DNA of 64,000 nucleotides. Source: the human T2T-CHM13v2.0 reference genome, Homo sapiens. Positions within the stretch are counted from its first letter, which is position 1. Every line of letters starts with the position of its first letter. The DNA lies in assembly GCF_009914755.1 (NCBI RefSeq), contig NC_060945.1. One strand, 5' to 3'. Below are positions 12,801 to 29,515 of the stretch, one piece after another. The notes beneath the pieces were generated by a model that saw nothing but the letters and a program-made list of their open reading frames with translations, ran no database searches and was not told the origin of the DNA. Made by a program: the position numbers and the translations under genes.

Positions 12801-13136
12801 CACTTTACCACATGCTCATTTTGGTTGAGAAAGCAGTGTTGAGGGGGAAAAAAAAAAAAAGCCAGAGTCATAGATTTTTCCTTACTTTTTTTCTAAGGCA
12901 AACAGAACACTTCCCCCACTCTGAATAAGCCTGAATAAATGACATGTGCGAAATGACATCTTTCTTTACTTGGAAAAAAGAATAAACCGACTTTTTTTTT
13001 AATATGTGTATGGACCTCAACGTTATCTCAGTAGATAACAATAATACCTGAATAACGTTGAAAATGTTTTTCATGAGAAATCATCTATCAGATGTTAAAA
13101 GAAACCATGACAAATAGAGGGATTGCCTGACTGGAG

Positions 13137-13147
13137 CATATATATAC

Positions 13148-13208
<61 letters not shown>

Positions 13209-13313
13209 TACACACACACACATATATACACACACACACATACACACACACATATGTATATGCATATACATATACACATATGCATATATTTCCATATATG
13301 CATATACATATAA
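13137..13313. repeat. Compound (CA)n/(TA)n microsatellite
   Basis: About 175 nt of mostly alternating purine-pyrimidine sequence. Confidence 0.97.
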
Positions 13314-13893
13314 AATACAACTCATGATAATTTACTTGACTCTGTGCCTATAAATTTTGCTTACACAGCTGGGTGATGTCAGTTTATTACAGGATTAAAT
13401 GTTTATTCTTAGTGGTTGATGTATTCCTCACTGCGGACTATAGGCAAAGTCAAAAATATTCCCCAAGACAGGGGAGGAAAGTCTTCTTGAGGCCAGAGCA
13501 GGACATCAGTACATCAGGGGACCATGCATCCAATACTCAGATGCAACATAACTACCTTTGGAAAACGGCAAGACCAAAACCCTTTCAATCAAGGCAGATT
13601 CAGGAAATTTCTGTGGGTGTGATGAGTAGATGAAAATTTAATTTGCTCAAAATCCTGGGTACCATTGTTCAAAATACAATGAACATTTATATATCATGGA
13701 ATGCCATTTATTTTTTCCCTCAGTGATTCAGTAGGGTTTCAAAACCATCGATGTATCCTTAGAAGGCTGGATTATCATTGCACACACTATAGAACAATCT
13801 AGATTAGGGGGAACATCTGGATACATTGATGTTTATGTCTGTTTTAGGGTTATTTCAAGTACAACATTTTTTTGTGAGATATATATATATATA

Positions 13894-14350
13894 TAGTCTG
13901 CCCTCCATATCTGTGGGTTCTGCATCCTTAGATTCAACCAACTGTGGATCAAAACTAAAAAAAAAAATTCCACAAATTTTCAAAAAACAAGAAAACCACA
14001 CAATGAAGTGATGTGTAGGCCCTGAATTAGATATTATAAGAAATATAGAATGTATTATATATATAAAGACACGTTTTCTTCTGTTTCCCAGGCTGAAGAG
14101 CAGTGGCCCCATCACAGCTCACTGCAGCCTCAACCTCCTGGGCTAAAGGGATCCTCATGTTTCAGCCTCCAGAGTAGCTGGGACCTCAGGTGTGTGCTAC
14201 CACGCCAGGCTAATTTTTTAAATTTTTTGAAGAGACAGAGTATCATCATGTTGTCCAGGTTAGTTATATAAGGAACTTGAACATCTGCAGATGTTCATAT
14301 CTACAGCAGGTCCTGGAACCAATCCCCCATGGACATCAAGGATGACTCTA
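13894..14350 (-). mobile_element. MER2/MER2B (Tigger family), interrupted by an AluJ fragment
   Basis: Ends tagtctgccctccatatctgtgggttc and ggaaccaatcccccatggacatcaaggatgact match the MER2 terminal inverted-repeat regions. Confidence 0.8.
14060..14260 (-). mobile_element. 5'-truncated AluJ
   Basis: cagctcactgcagcctcaacctcctgggct..gatcctc are AluJ diagnostics. Confidence 0.85.
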
Positions 14351-15036
14351 TGTGCATATGTGTGTATACATATCTGAGTGTATATGTGTGCATGTGTATG
14401 TGTATACATATACAAACAAACACACATATACAGGCACACACACGTATACATGAGCTCACACATGAAAATACATAGTCATTTATATTTAACAATCTAAACC
14501 TTACCAAGTTAAAACATGGTAGATTTTCAAAGACATTATGTATGAAATACTCTCCTGTTAGCGAATTTACAAACATCTTTCTATACTCTCCACTACGGGT
14601 TTATCATTTCATCCCAACATGACTAGAAGCATTTCCCACAGATCAAGTGAGATAGCTGAGCAAACAGCAGATTGTATTGCTAGCAGCCTCTTGCAGAAGT
14701 GTCTTTCCTTCTTTTTTTTTTTTTTCAGTCGGCCTCATACTGTCTTTATTAGGTATTATGATTGTTTGAAGAGACAGCATCTCTGGGAGGTAAGTAGGAT
14801 TAGAAAAGATAATAGTTCTTTAAAGGGAATCAACACCCTTGTAAAAATATACATGTATCTATCTCTTTCAGACAACATAAATGTCATTTAATTATTATTC
14901 CATGATGGTAAATCATTTAGTAAACAGATAATCATAGTTGAGTATTCTAGGTTTGAAGAAGAATCTTTCTGATCAGAACAAGGGCCCAGCTTTTTAAGCA
15001 GTGCTCATTAAAGCCACTTCCCAAGGTAGCCACTTC

Positions 15037-15090
15037 GAAGCATTTATTACTCTACTGTCCCTTGAAACATTTATTACTCTACTCTCCCTT
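15037..15090. repeat. 27-bp tandem duplication (2 mismatches)
   Basis: gaagcatttattactctactgtccctt / gaaacatttattactctactctccctt. Confidence 0.9.
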
Positions 15091-15749
15091 GTGATGTGTG
15101 CTACAAGATGGCAGCTCCCACAACTGCATTCTGAGGACTTAGAAGATATATACCCAGACGTGCTTAGAGTGATTTTAACCACTGGTTTTATCATCAGGAG
15201 AATTTTCTTGGATGTACTGGGTTTTATAGGACATCAAGAAGCTCCTCCTTGATCCTGCACTATTTTGTTGAACCAAATAAGACTGATCCTTTTTCCCTAA
15301 AAATGGCCAATAAATATAAATTCATCTAATATACCTATATATTTTAAACCTTTTGTAGCTTGCCTGAAATCCCATCAACTAAAGCTTGATTTAGTAACTC
15401 TTACTCCTTTTGAAACTACAAATACAAACTTGCCTGTAACGTTTCTCATTCGGGGTGAAGTCATTTAATCAGAATCCCTTTCCCCCGCAGCCTCTGTTTC
15501 TACTTTAATGAGGCAGTAGTTTTCTCTCATGCTTTCGATTTCTTCAGAATGGAACACTTGAATAATGAAAACTCCTCCATGAGATAGAATAATAAGGAAT
15601 ATGAGTAGCTAAAAGGGCAGATTTGATATTGAAAGTTCCAGGTGGAAGACAGGGTGAAGGGGATGCAACTTAGAGGTCATGGCGTCCAGGATACACAGTG
15701 GAATTGCTTCCCACCCTTGCCAGGGAGGCTGCAGACCTTAGGAGATGAG

Positions 15750-15945
15750 AGTGTAGATTCTGGAACTACACTGCCTGGGAGGAAACATCAATTCTGCCAT
15801 TTACTAATTAGCTTCCCAACTCCTCTGTGTCTCAGTTCTGTCCTCTATAACTGAGGTCACTGTGAGAGATTCAGGGAGTTATATATGTAAAGCAATTAGA
15901 ACAGAACCTGGCATGGACAATGTGCTATACAAATGTTTGCTGTCA
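15750..15945 (+). mobile_element. MIR
   Basis: ctctgtgtctcagtt..gtaaagcaattagaacagaacctggca..aaatgtttgctg. Confidence 0.7.
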
Positions 15946-16430
15946 GCATTTCCCTGATCTCCATGCCGTGGTTTCAACAGGGTGCTTATTACCCAGGCCA
16001 CCATAAAACCTCCAGTCTTAGTATGTCATATACAGGTCCTTTCAACAGTATAAGTAAATGCCAGGAAACTGGAGATAAGCCCTCAGTGAAGAAACTGGCC
16101 TTATATTGTGAGAGAAGTTGGGTAGTGTTATGGCAAAGTTGCTAGGATGCCTTGACAAACACAACAATTTGAAAATCCCCAGCTAAGACTCTCTTTGTCA
16201 GGGAAACATGGAGCTTTCCTAGAAACACACTCCCAGTTATGATTTCTGAGTTGAGAAATCATACAGCTGGGAATTATTTTCCTGTACTTTTTTAATAGAA
16301 ATGTGTTTTGTATCTATTGAGAAGACTATGTTTTTCTATAGTAGCATATTACCACCAAGGGGCATCTGTCGTGCCTCCAAACATACTTTATTGTATAGAA
16401 ATACAAAATCCACCATTTAATCATTACTTA

Positions 16431-16647
<217 letters not shown>

Positions 16648-18029
16648 AGAAGGCAAAATTTTGGTGGCTCAATTCATGTTCTCTTTCTTTTACCCAATGA
16701 ATATAATAATATGTGACAAGCGAGACAAAACAAACACATAGACCAACAATGTTTCCCAGTTTGTTGAGATCTTGTTTTCTTTAAACTCTATTCTAAAAGT
16801 CTAGAATCTCAAAGTCTTTGAGCATCCTGGCTACCGCTTTTTTGCTGACCCAGCTTTACAAATACTAAAGCTCATAATATTACCTAGTAGACAATTCAGT
16901 CCTAGAATCACATTATATTTTTAGAAATTGTTACACATTACCACCTGTTCTTGAACAATTAAAGGTACCCATGTTATTTTCCTGTCTCTTATTAGAGTAG
17001 CCCATCATTCTGTCCTCTTACAGGTTTCATTTCTCTCAGCATTGTAAATTTAGTGCAACATCGAAGAAAATCTAGTCCTCGAATTCACTTGTCAATGTTA
17101 ACCTGCCATGAGTGAAATATAAACGCCAGTGTTATTTCAAGTGGATTCTATTTGACAGACTGTTGGGAGTAACAGATGCTTTAGAACTGGCTACTATGAA
17201 TTCTCTGTATACTGACAGATTAGATTGCAGGGAAGAAAAAAAAAATCACATGAGCTTCATCTCATGTGTAGCAAAACAAGCCAAGTTCTAGGCCAGAGAA
17301 AAACAACACTAGCCCTTAACCTTTGCTTGATGAATCTCTCTCTCTCTTTCTTTTTAAAATGAATACCTGGAATAAATTCATCTCCATAAGTTGTCCTACA
17401 GAACTTCCAAAACAAATCAACTAAGTTGATTTAAAAGAAAAAAATATGACACTATTATTTAATAGTCAAAACAACCCACTCTCCTGCAGTCTAATGCTTT
17501 TATTTGTCAAAGCACCGTTGTTTGTATTTTTATGAGTTTGGTTTCTAAGCTTTTTGAAAGCACATATTCTAGGGCTTTGTAAACAGTCACATTTTCAGAA
17601 AGCATATTCTTTTTTACTTTTGGGCTATATATCCAAACACATAAAATTATTATTTATTTCTGTGGTAAGAACACCTTAATGTTTAACCAAGGGACTCTTA
17701 AACAGTGTAACCAGTGAAAAATCCTGGATTTGTTTTAATAAATTGACTTTTACGAAACCTAGTTTTCCTTGAGTCCTTGGCATGACAACATTCCTTTAGA
17801 ATTACTTAGCCCAGCTGTGCAGTGGGTGAAGCAAAGGGCAGAGTTACCTAATAGGAAAAATCCATTGTACATACGCTAAGGTGTTAGCCCTCTTGAATTC
17901 CCTACTTCATGAAATTCAAGAAAATGAAAAGAACTTGTCCAAAGGAAAAAAAAACTTGACTTACACTTAAGCTCAAGCTGCTTTTCGAAGCCTAAATGGG
18001 AGGCATCGGGATCCATTAGAGAGTTCTAG

Positions 18030-18200
18030 ATGAAATGCCAGAAGCCCTGGGTTCTAATCTTGGCTGTTTGTCTTTAGCCAAGTCATTTGACCTTACTGGA
18101 CCCCAGATTCCCGTCTATAAAATGAAGAGTGTAATATTTGTCTTTTCTACTCTACAAAGTTATTGTGAGGATAAAATAGGAAAACAGATGTGAAGCTTCC
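18030..18200 (+). mobile_element. MIR
   Basis: ctgggttctaatc..caagtcatttgacct..tctataaaatg..gttattgtgaggataaaat. Confidence 0.75.
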
Positions 18201-18830
18201 CCCAGAGAAATATATAAAACAGTACAGATATTAATACCGATTCTCTTTGGCCCTTATACTGGTCAAACTTGTTCAAACCCCACCTTATTCTCCTGAAATA
18301 GAAGAGGTTCTTTCGCTAAGATTAGAAACTCTCCAAGTTAATGATTCATTCTTAGGTATTATACATAAGATGTAACACAAGTTTTGGAACAGTAGAAATA
18401 AAACAAAACACCAGTTATTATATCAAAATTTCAGGAGAAATTTCTCTCTCTCTCTTCCTCACTAGGAAGTCTACTCATTGTTTTCAATCCTCATACAAAT
18501 ACATACACTTGAATATTTTCTTGTACACATGCCTAGCCCAACACCAGCATGCCCACATCTCCCCACCCCACATTCACATTCTTCTTTTCCAAAAGCCCAA
18601 ATTTATCTCGCTCTCCTTTGCTTTAATTTGTTATCTTCCACCAGTTACTCTAAGTTCCTCCATTTATCCCAAGCCTTAACCAAAATTCTTTGACACCACA
18701 GGGCTCATACATTTAAAAAGCTGTTTCTGGTTTTGATTTTCTGTTGTTGTTGTTGACCTCAAAAAGAAAAAACACCCACAAAATGTGCTCCCATCAATTG
18801 GTGTGTATGTTATTTTGAGGAATCATAGTT

Positions 18831-19149
<319 letters not shown>

Positions 19150-19524
19150 TCATAGTTTTAAAATTGAACAAAAAAAGACACTTTAAAGATTGTAAGGGTC
19201 TGATTGCCTCAACACCATAACTTAATTAAAAATATTACTGTTGAATCTTATTTGGTTAATTTGTCTGAGACAACTGGACCTGTTGTTTACATGAACTGTC
19301 AGGAAGTATTAAATCAGCCAACTAGTTGCTGCCTAAGACAGCTATGGGAAGCCTGGTTTGCATCAAAAGGTCAACAGGAAGAAACTTATGGAGAATAACA
19401 TGTTATCTGAAGAAGAGAGTGGTATCATTTGCTGCTCTGTGGCTATTCTCTATGCCACATGATGTCAAGGCTTCAACATACTTTAAAGTATACATAGAAT
19501 TTTTTCTAAACTTAGAAATTCCAT

Positions 19525-21707
19525 AATGTTGGCTATGGATTTGTCATAGATGACACCTATTATTTTGAGGTATGTTTCTTCAATGCCTAGATTGTTGAGA
19601 GTTTTTATCATGACGGGTAAATAGGAAGCATTCCCCTGGAGAACTGAAAGAAGAGAAGGATGCCCACTCTCACCACTCCTATTCAACATTGTAAAAAAGT
19701 CCTAGGAAGAGCAATCAGGCAATAGAAAGAAATAAAAGACACGGAAATAATAAACAAGGAAGAAGTAAAAGTACCTCTTTCCACTGACTATATGATTCTA
19801 TAGCTAGAAAAACCTAAAGTTGCTGTCAGAACATTCCTAGAACTGAAAAATGACTTCAGTAAAATTTCAGAACACAAAATCAACGCAAAAAATTCATAGT
19901 ATTTCTCTATACCAATATTGTTTAAGCTGAGTGAAATCCAGAACACAATCTCATTTACAATAGCCACAAACAAATGAAATATCTAAGAATACAGCTAACA
20001 AAGGAGGTAAAAGGTCTCTACAAACAGAATTATAAAATACTGATGAAAGAAACCATAGATGACACAATAAATGCAAAATATTTCATGGTCATGGATTGGA
20101 AGAATCAATATTATTAAAATGACCATACTACCCCAAACAATCTACAGATTCAACACTACTTCTATCAAACTACCAATGTGACTTTTAAGAGAATTAAAAA
20201 ATAATTCTAAAATTCATATGGAACGGTAACAACAACAAAAAGCAAATAGCCAAAGAAATCCCAGGCAAAAGAACAAAGCCAGCGCTATCACACTACCTGA
20301 CTTCAAACTGAACTATAAGTCTACGAGAACCAAAACAGTATGGTACTAACACACAAAAAAACAGACATATAGACCCATACAAGAGAATAGAGAACTCAGA
20401 AATAAAGCCACACACCTACAACTATTTGATCTTTGTCAAAGTCAACAAAACAAGTGATGGGAAAAATACTTCCTATTCAATAAATGGTGCTGGGATAGCT
20501 GGCTAGCTATATGCAGAAGAATGAACCATAACCTTTCACCATGTACAAATACTAACTCAAGATGGATTAAAGATTTAAATGTAAGACCTCAAATTATAAA
20601 ATTCCTAAAAAAAAAGTAGAAAATACCCTTCTTGGCATTGGCCTTGGCAAAGAATTTCTGGTCATGTCTTCAAAAGTAATTGCAATAAAAACAAATGCAG
20701 ACAAGTGGGACCTAATTAAACTAAAGCACTTCTGCACAGCAAAGGAAAGTATAAATAGAGTAAATAGGAACCCACAGAATTGGAGAAAATATTCAAAACT
20801 ATGCACCTGCAAATGTCTAATATCCAGAATCTACAAGCAACTAAAAAAAAAACAAGCAAAAAACAAATAACTTTATTAAACAATAGGCAAAGGATATGAA
20901 TAGACACTTCTCAAAAGATTACATACAAGTGGTCACTAACATATGAAAAAATGCCCCACATCTCTATTCATCAGGGAAATGCAAATCAAAACCACAATGA
21001 GATGCCATGTCAACCAGTCAGAATAGTTATTATTAAAAACTAAAATATGACAAATGCTAGTTAGGTTGTAGAGAAAAATGAACATTTATACATTGTTGGT
21101 GGAAATGTAAGCTAATTCAGCCACTGTGGAAAGCAGTTTGGAGATTTCTTAAAGAACTTAAAACATCCATTTGACTCAGCAATGTCATTACTCAGTATAT
21201 ACCAAAGAAAAGTAGATCATTCTACCAAAAAGACACTTGCACTGACATGCTCATCAAAGCACTATTCACAATAGCAAAGATATGGAATCAACTTAGGTGC
21301 GCATCAATGGTGTATTGGATAAGGACAATGTGGTGCATATACAGCATGGAGTACTAGGTCATTATATGAAAGAAAGGAATCATCATTTACAGCAACATGG
21401 ATGCAGCTGGAGACCTCTATCCTAGGTGACTTAATATGGGATTAGAAAAACAAGTACCGTATGCTTTCACTTTAAGTGGGAGTGAAGCATTGAGTACACA
21501 TGGACATAAAGATGGCAACAATAGGCACTGGAGACTACTGGCGGGGGAGGAAGTGGGGTGTGGTTTGAAAACTCTCTATTGGGTATGATGCTCACTACTG
21601 GGTGGTGGAATCCATGCCACAAACTCAGCATCATGCAATTTACCCATGTGGCAAACCTGTACATGTACCCCCTGAATCTAGAATAAATGTTGAAATTAAA
21701 AAAAAAT
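19525..21707 (+). mobile_element. 5'-truncated, 5'-inverted L1 (L1PA15-17-like); ORF2 remnant and 3' UTR
   Basis: Antisense piece 19525-19615 encodes MIKTLNNLGIEETYLKII; the sense piece resumes at AFP..GCPLSPLLFNI; TSD aaattccat(a/g)atg at 19516 and 21708. Confidence 0.93.
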
Positions 21708-22486
21708 AAATTCCATGATGATTCCAGCATTATGTCACTATCCTTCTAAAAGCATGCTGCAAATTTCCAATCATTTCTGAATTAAACTCTCCAAGAAAAT
21801 TGTCCTGTAAAATTTCTTTTATTCTGTTATACACATACACACACATTTTTATCTTTTAGATATTTTAAAGAAAACATTTCATAAATGTATTTTAATGTAG
21901 ACCAGGATATTTGTACAATAACTGTACACTTGGAATTTGTACTGTCAGAAAAAGAAGTTATTTTTGAGTGAGTACTTCTTCAACCCATTCTCTTTCATTT
22001 TCATGGTATATAAAAGCTTTTTCTTTATGTTAAAATGTTTTATGAAGTATATGTCTCTTAAGATACTGTACAATTCTCATTACCCTGACCATTGTACCAG
22101 TCATAAAATGTGATCTTGAGAAGTTCCTTAAACCCTCTGTGATTCCTCTTTTGTTGCTGTTTTGTTTGTAATTGTCTGGGGTCTACACCCCAGACAGATA
22201 GGTACTACAAAAGCACCTATCTCATAGGTTACCTGTAAGTTTGTCATGAGATGCTACAAATAAGCGTTTAAAAATGTTCCAAGCATCAAATCACTTTACA
22301 GTATAAGTTAGTTGATTTTATCAATGAGTTTAGACCCCCTTCATACCTGGCACAACACACACAGCAAACCATCCATCAATAGTTTCCGAACAACTCAATG
22401 TGTTATCATATGTATGCTATGACTCATAAATAAACTACTTCTTTGAAAGTTTCTCAAAAAAGATATTGCCTAAGTAATATAAAGGC

Positions 22487-22508
22487 ATAGATAGATAGAT
22501 AGATAGAT
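22487..22508. repeat. (GATA)n tetranucleotide STR
   Basis: Read directly from the sequence. Confidence 0.9.
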
Positions 22509-22643
22509 GACAGCTAGCTAGAAAATGTTTGTGTTTTCAGTGTCTATCGCCATGAGAAAAGCTGTGGATAATGAAAACAAGGCAGGAAGAGACATCTGTA
22601 TCTTACAATTCAAGTAACATACAGTCAGTCTCTCATAACATGC

Positions 22644-23362
<719 letters not shown>

Positions 23363-23459
23363 TGTCATTCTCATAGCAGTTTTTATATTACTCAAATTAG
23401 CCTTACATGCTTTTCAGCATCTCACTTTTTCTTTTTAGGAAGATTTAGTTGAGTGTGCC

Positions 23460-24265
<806 letters not shown>

Positions 24266-24869
24266 CTTAATTAAATAGTCATTTGTTTAAAAAAAAATAG
24301 CAGAGCTTTAATTTCATTTATATTTATTTGTCAAAAAATTAGCATTAAAATTATTTTGAATATGAATGAAATTTTTAACCATAGTGGAAAAATAAGTTTA
24401 AGTTTTGAAAGGAAAACTTCTCATTTTCCATTCAACTGTATTTTATTTTGTTTTAAAAAATAAATATTAAATAAGTATTGCTTTTATCAATTTAAGTGAC
24501 ATCAATTGACATGTGTTCCCTTAAACAAATTTGCCTATTTTAAATGCCAACACCTTTTCTCTCCTGACCATCTCTAAAAGTAAGTAATCATTTCTCCCTT
24601 CTTCATGGTCCCACTCTACGTATTTTTTCTCTTTTTCTTGCGCATAATGCTTTTCCCCCTGATTTTTAACATCTTTTTATCAACATACTCAATTCACTCT
24701 TAACCTGAAAATATACTTCGTTATCCCACTTCCTATCAAAATTTTAATGCTTTTCTCTTCTCCAGTCTGTGTTACAATGAAAGAAAAAGAACTTATGCTC
24801 TTAATCTTGCCCTTGCATATCCCATCTTGTGTGTTTATTCCTCAATACCTTTCACAGTGTTTTTGAAAT

Positions 24870-25000
24870 CACTGGCTTCAGACTTCCGTCGTGAGCCCAG
24901 CTACTTGATCAGTATCTCCGATCAGGGAGCCTCAGAGCATGTGTTGTTAACAAGTCCTCCAGGTGATTCTTATAATAATGACTACATTGTGAGAAACTTG
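24870..25000 (+). mobile_element. MER5-family fragment
   Basis: ttaacaagtcctccaggtgattctt..tgagaaac. Confidence 0.45.
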
Positions 25001-25102
25001 AAACGTAAATTCTGCCCCAACCTCCTGACTGTCATTGCATCTCCCAGATTACTAACCAGATTTTGACAGATTTTCAGGTTTCATACTTGCCTGACGGACA
25101 TG

Positions 25103-25683
<581 letters not shown>

Positions 25684-25903
25684 TGACCGACGTGTTTTTA
25701 TACCAGCTCCCACCTTCCCATTCTCAAACACTGGCCCCCAGCTTTCTGACTGTGCCATTTTATCTTCTCAAATGCCTTTACTCATAAATTGCTCAAAATC
25801 CTGTTCTTTATTTTGATATTTATGACACCACACAGGTTCTCTTAGTAGTATCCTTTCTTACTAGGACTTCAATAACTATCCCATATAGATGGTTCTATAG
25901 TCC

Positions 25904-25905
<2 letters not shown>

Positions 25906-25937
<32 letters not shown>
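25906..25937. repeat. (TG)n microsatellite
   Basis: Read directly from the sequence. Confidence 0.95.
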
Positions 25938-26169
25938 TAGTTGCATGTGTAGTCTTAACTTCCAATGTCAATTTCCAGCCTTCTACTAGATTTCCTTATT
26001 GGGAAAACACAAGTTAGTCATTCAACAAATATCAGTGGAATACAGAACCAAGGACCAAATACAGTGCAAAACACTGAAACTTTAAACCCAGGAAGCCCTC
26101 AAGCAAACATCTTGTTTTACTCTATCTCCACCAGAAGGCCATCCTTCTTTTACCTCATTTAGCTTTCTC

Positions 26170-26475
<306 letters not shown>

Positions 26476-27419
26476 TCATTTACCTTTCTCAATTCAAATT
26501 TTATTTCTCTCAACGTACCTTTCTCAGTTCACAGAACTACCATCTTCCTAGCTGTTTAGATTTTACCTATAAGAATCATTTAGTGCTGTGCTGGTAAATT
26601 TTTTAAAAACTGCACTCCTCCCGCTCCCCAGAAAAGTTCTACTTTGCAGTGTTGGACATTTTAGTGTTGTGCTTATTGACACTATAGCTAATTTAAGAAA
26701 CAATTTGATATCACTGGACAGGAATCTGGGGAGAGATGCACAAAATTTGACCTTGGGAGCTCACGTAGACCAGCCTCAGCACACTCCTGGAATCAATTTT
26801 TTTTCTTAAATATTTATATGATATATTCAATCATTTACCAAACCACCTTTGGATTATGTACCCAATTACACCCTTTATATTCTCACCATCATGGCTGTCA
26901 TGTAAGACTCATGGTGCAGTGCTGCCTTTTTTGGCTATCTGCCCTTGACATGTCATGACACATGTCCTCCAAGAACAGGTACAACCACATCACTCCATGA
27001 TTCAAAATGTTTAATGACTTCCATTAGCAAACAAGGTCGATTTTGCCTGGGGCAGCTCTAAGTATGAAAATATTGGACAAGATAATGGCATCAAACGACA
27101 GACTGGACCCAGGAATAAAAACAAGGATGATTTTGTACTTTTGTTAAAGTAAATGAACTATTCAATATCTTCTGATGCTTTCTTTTGTGATTTTAGAAAT
27201 GTTTCATATTGGCAAGAAAGTCCGCTTTGTTCTTTGTGTCTTTCCAGCTTCTCATATCCATTGCTTACATGTTATTGTTATTGCTGCTAACAGAGTTTAC
27301 TTAGAACCTCACAGTATCTTCTAACTTGACTTTATTGTCTTCTCTCCAAGTCATTCTCCATGCTATCGTCAGAGATCCAGTCCCTCTCCGTATTGAGCAA
27401 CTAGTACCTTTGTCATTGT

Positions 27420-27530
27420 ATGAGCCATACTCCAAGATAGGTCTTTCTTGACCCATTTAATAGATGAGATGAATGAAGCTTAAAGAAGTAATCTGTGCAA
27501 GGTCACAAAAGTAGTTAGTGGGAAACTATC
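27420..27530 (-). mobile_element. MIR
   Basis: cccatttaatagatgag..caaggtcaca..gttagtgg. Confidence 0.65.
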
Positions 27531-27563
27531 TCAACTTACTCTACCTCAAAAACATCTTCAGTA

Positions 27564-27873
<310 letters not shown>

Positions 27874-28219
27874 TCATTCTATATAGAGTATCTGAAAGGC
27901 TCCCAGTACGACCTGATTCCAAACTACATTTCAACCTGAATTTCCACTATTTCTCTTTAATACTTTATGCTCAACCCATGTAAACAGCTCCCTAGTTTGC
28001 ATGCAGCTGCCAATGTGAATACACTTTTACTCATAGGAGTCATCAGATCCAATCCCTTTCAACATATAACTAGATGAACTCCTTCACTTTTACACCAACA
28101 CAAGGAAAACTGCCTTCTTCAGAAAGCATCCTGATTCCTTAAGAAATAACTTCTCATTCCTTTTTCTTAAATGCCATCTATTTTTACATCTCCAATAAAG
28201 TTTAATGTAATTTCAGTTT

Positions 28220-28592
28220 TGCATTAGTCTGTTCTCACACTGCTATAAAGAAATACCCGAGAATAGGTAATTTATAAAGGAAAGAGATTTAATTGACTCA
28301 CAGTTCTGCATGGCTTGGGAGGCCTCAGGAAACTTAACAATCACAGTGGCAGGGGAAGCGGGTACCTTCATCACAAGGTGGCAGGAGAGAGAGAGAGAGT
28401 GTGAAGGAGGAGCTGTCAAACACTTACAAAACCATCAGAACTTGTGAGAACTCATTCACTATCACGAGAACAGCATGGAGGAAACTGCCCCCATGATCCA
28501 ATCACTTTGCACTGAGTCCTTTTCTTGACATGTGGGAATTGCGGGGATTACAACTCATGAGATTTGGGTGGGGAGACAGTCAAACCTTCTCA
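28220..28592 (-). mobile_element. THE1D/MSTA solo LTR
   Basis: tgcattagtctgttctcacactgctataaag..ggaggcctcaggaaactta..gagatttgggtgggga. Confidence 0.9.
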
Positions 28593-28674
28593 ACTTTATA
28601 TTGTAATATTAAATATAATGTGTTTCAATGTATAGGTTGTGGGTGCCTAGAGTCCCAGGGTCCTCGTATCGAGT

Positions 28675-29265
28675 CGTATTGGTTTGCAATGCTGTGTGAC
28701 AAATCACCAAAAACTTAAAAGCTTAAAACAATTCCCAGTATCCATGGGGCAAAAATCCAGATATAGCTTATCTGGATTCTCTATTCAGAATCTCACAGGC
28801 TGCAATCAAGGTGTCAGATGGTGAGCAGGTCTTATTTGAGGTTCTGGGTCCTCTTTTAGGCTTACATGGTTGTTGGCAGAATTTGTTTTTTGTGATTGTA
28901 GGACTGAAAGCCCTCAGCTCCTAGGTCTTCTGCCATTCCCTACCATGAAGCTTCCTGATCAATGACAGTTTGCTTCTTCAAAAGTAGATGACAGTCTCCA
29001 ACTTGTTCCTAATCTCTGTATCCTCTTTTAATAGGCTCAACTATGTCAGATTTGTCCATACCCTTTTGATCAAGGTACCGTCAACTTGATATCTGCAAAA
29101 ATCTGTTCATGCTTGCCACATAAAATAACATGATGACAGAAGTTATATACGATAATTGGTATCATGATCTAATAGTTAAAACTAAATTACAGCCCTGACC
29201 ACATTCAAGATGAGAGGGTTATATATTAGTGTGGGCCATTGAGGGTCATTTTAAGACTATATCTG
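28675..29265 (-). mobile_element. MLT1E-like LTR
   Basis: gctgtgtgacaaatcacc..gcttaaaacaa..ggctgcaatcaaggtgtcag..ggttgttggcagaatt. Confidence 0.7.
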
Positions 29266-29515
29266 AAATGCCAACCTAGCCTGATGATGCCTTACTAAGA
29301 AATGATTTTAAGTTATTGGGTAATAATTGTGAAATTTATGAAGTGACAGTATAATACATCTCCTTTGCAATAAGTTAAAACATTTTATATGTGACAAATA
29401 ATAGCTTATTGCCATTGAACATATTAAAATAAAAGTAAAAATATTGTGAATTTTGATGGAGTCTATTACTCAAGTACTATTTTTTAATTAATAGAAGTAA
29501 TAGCAAAACCAAAAT

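Noticed and set aside
13081-13353. Cys/Val- and His/Thr-rich ORFs
   Set aside because: Translations of the CA/TA microsatellite.
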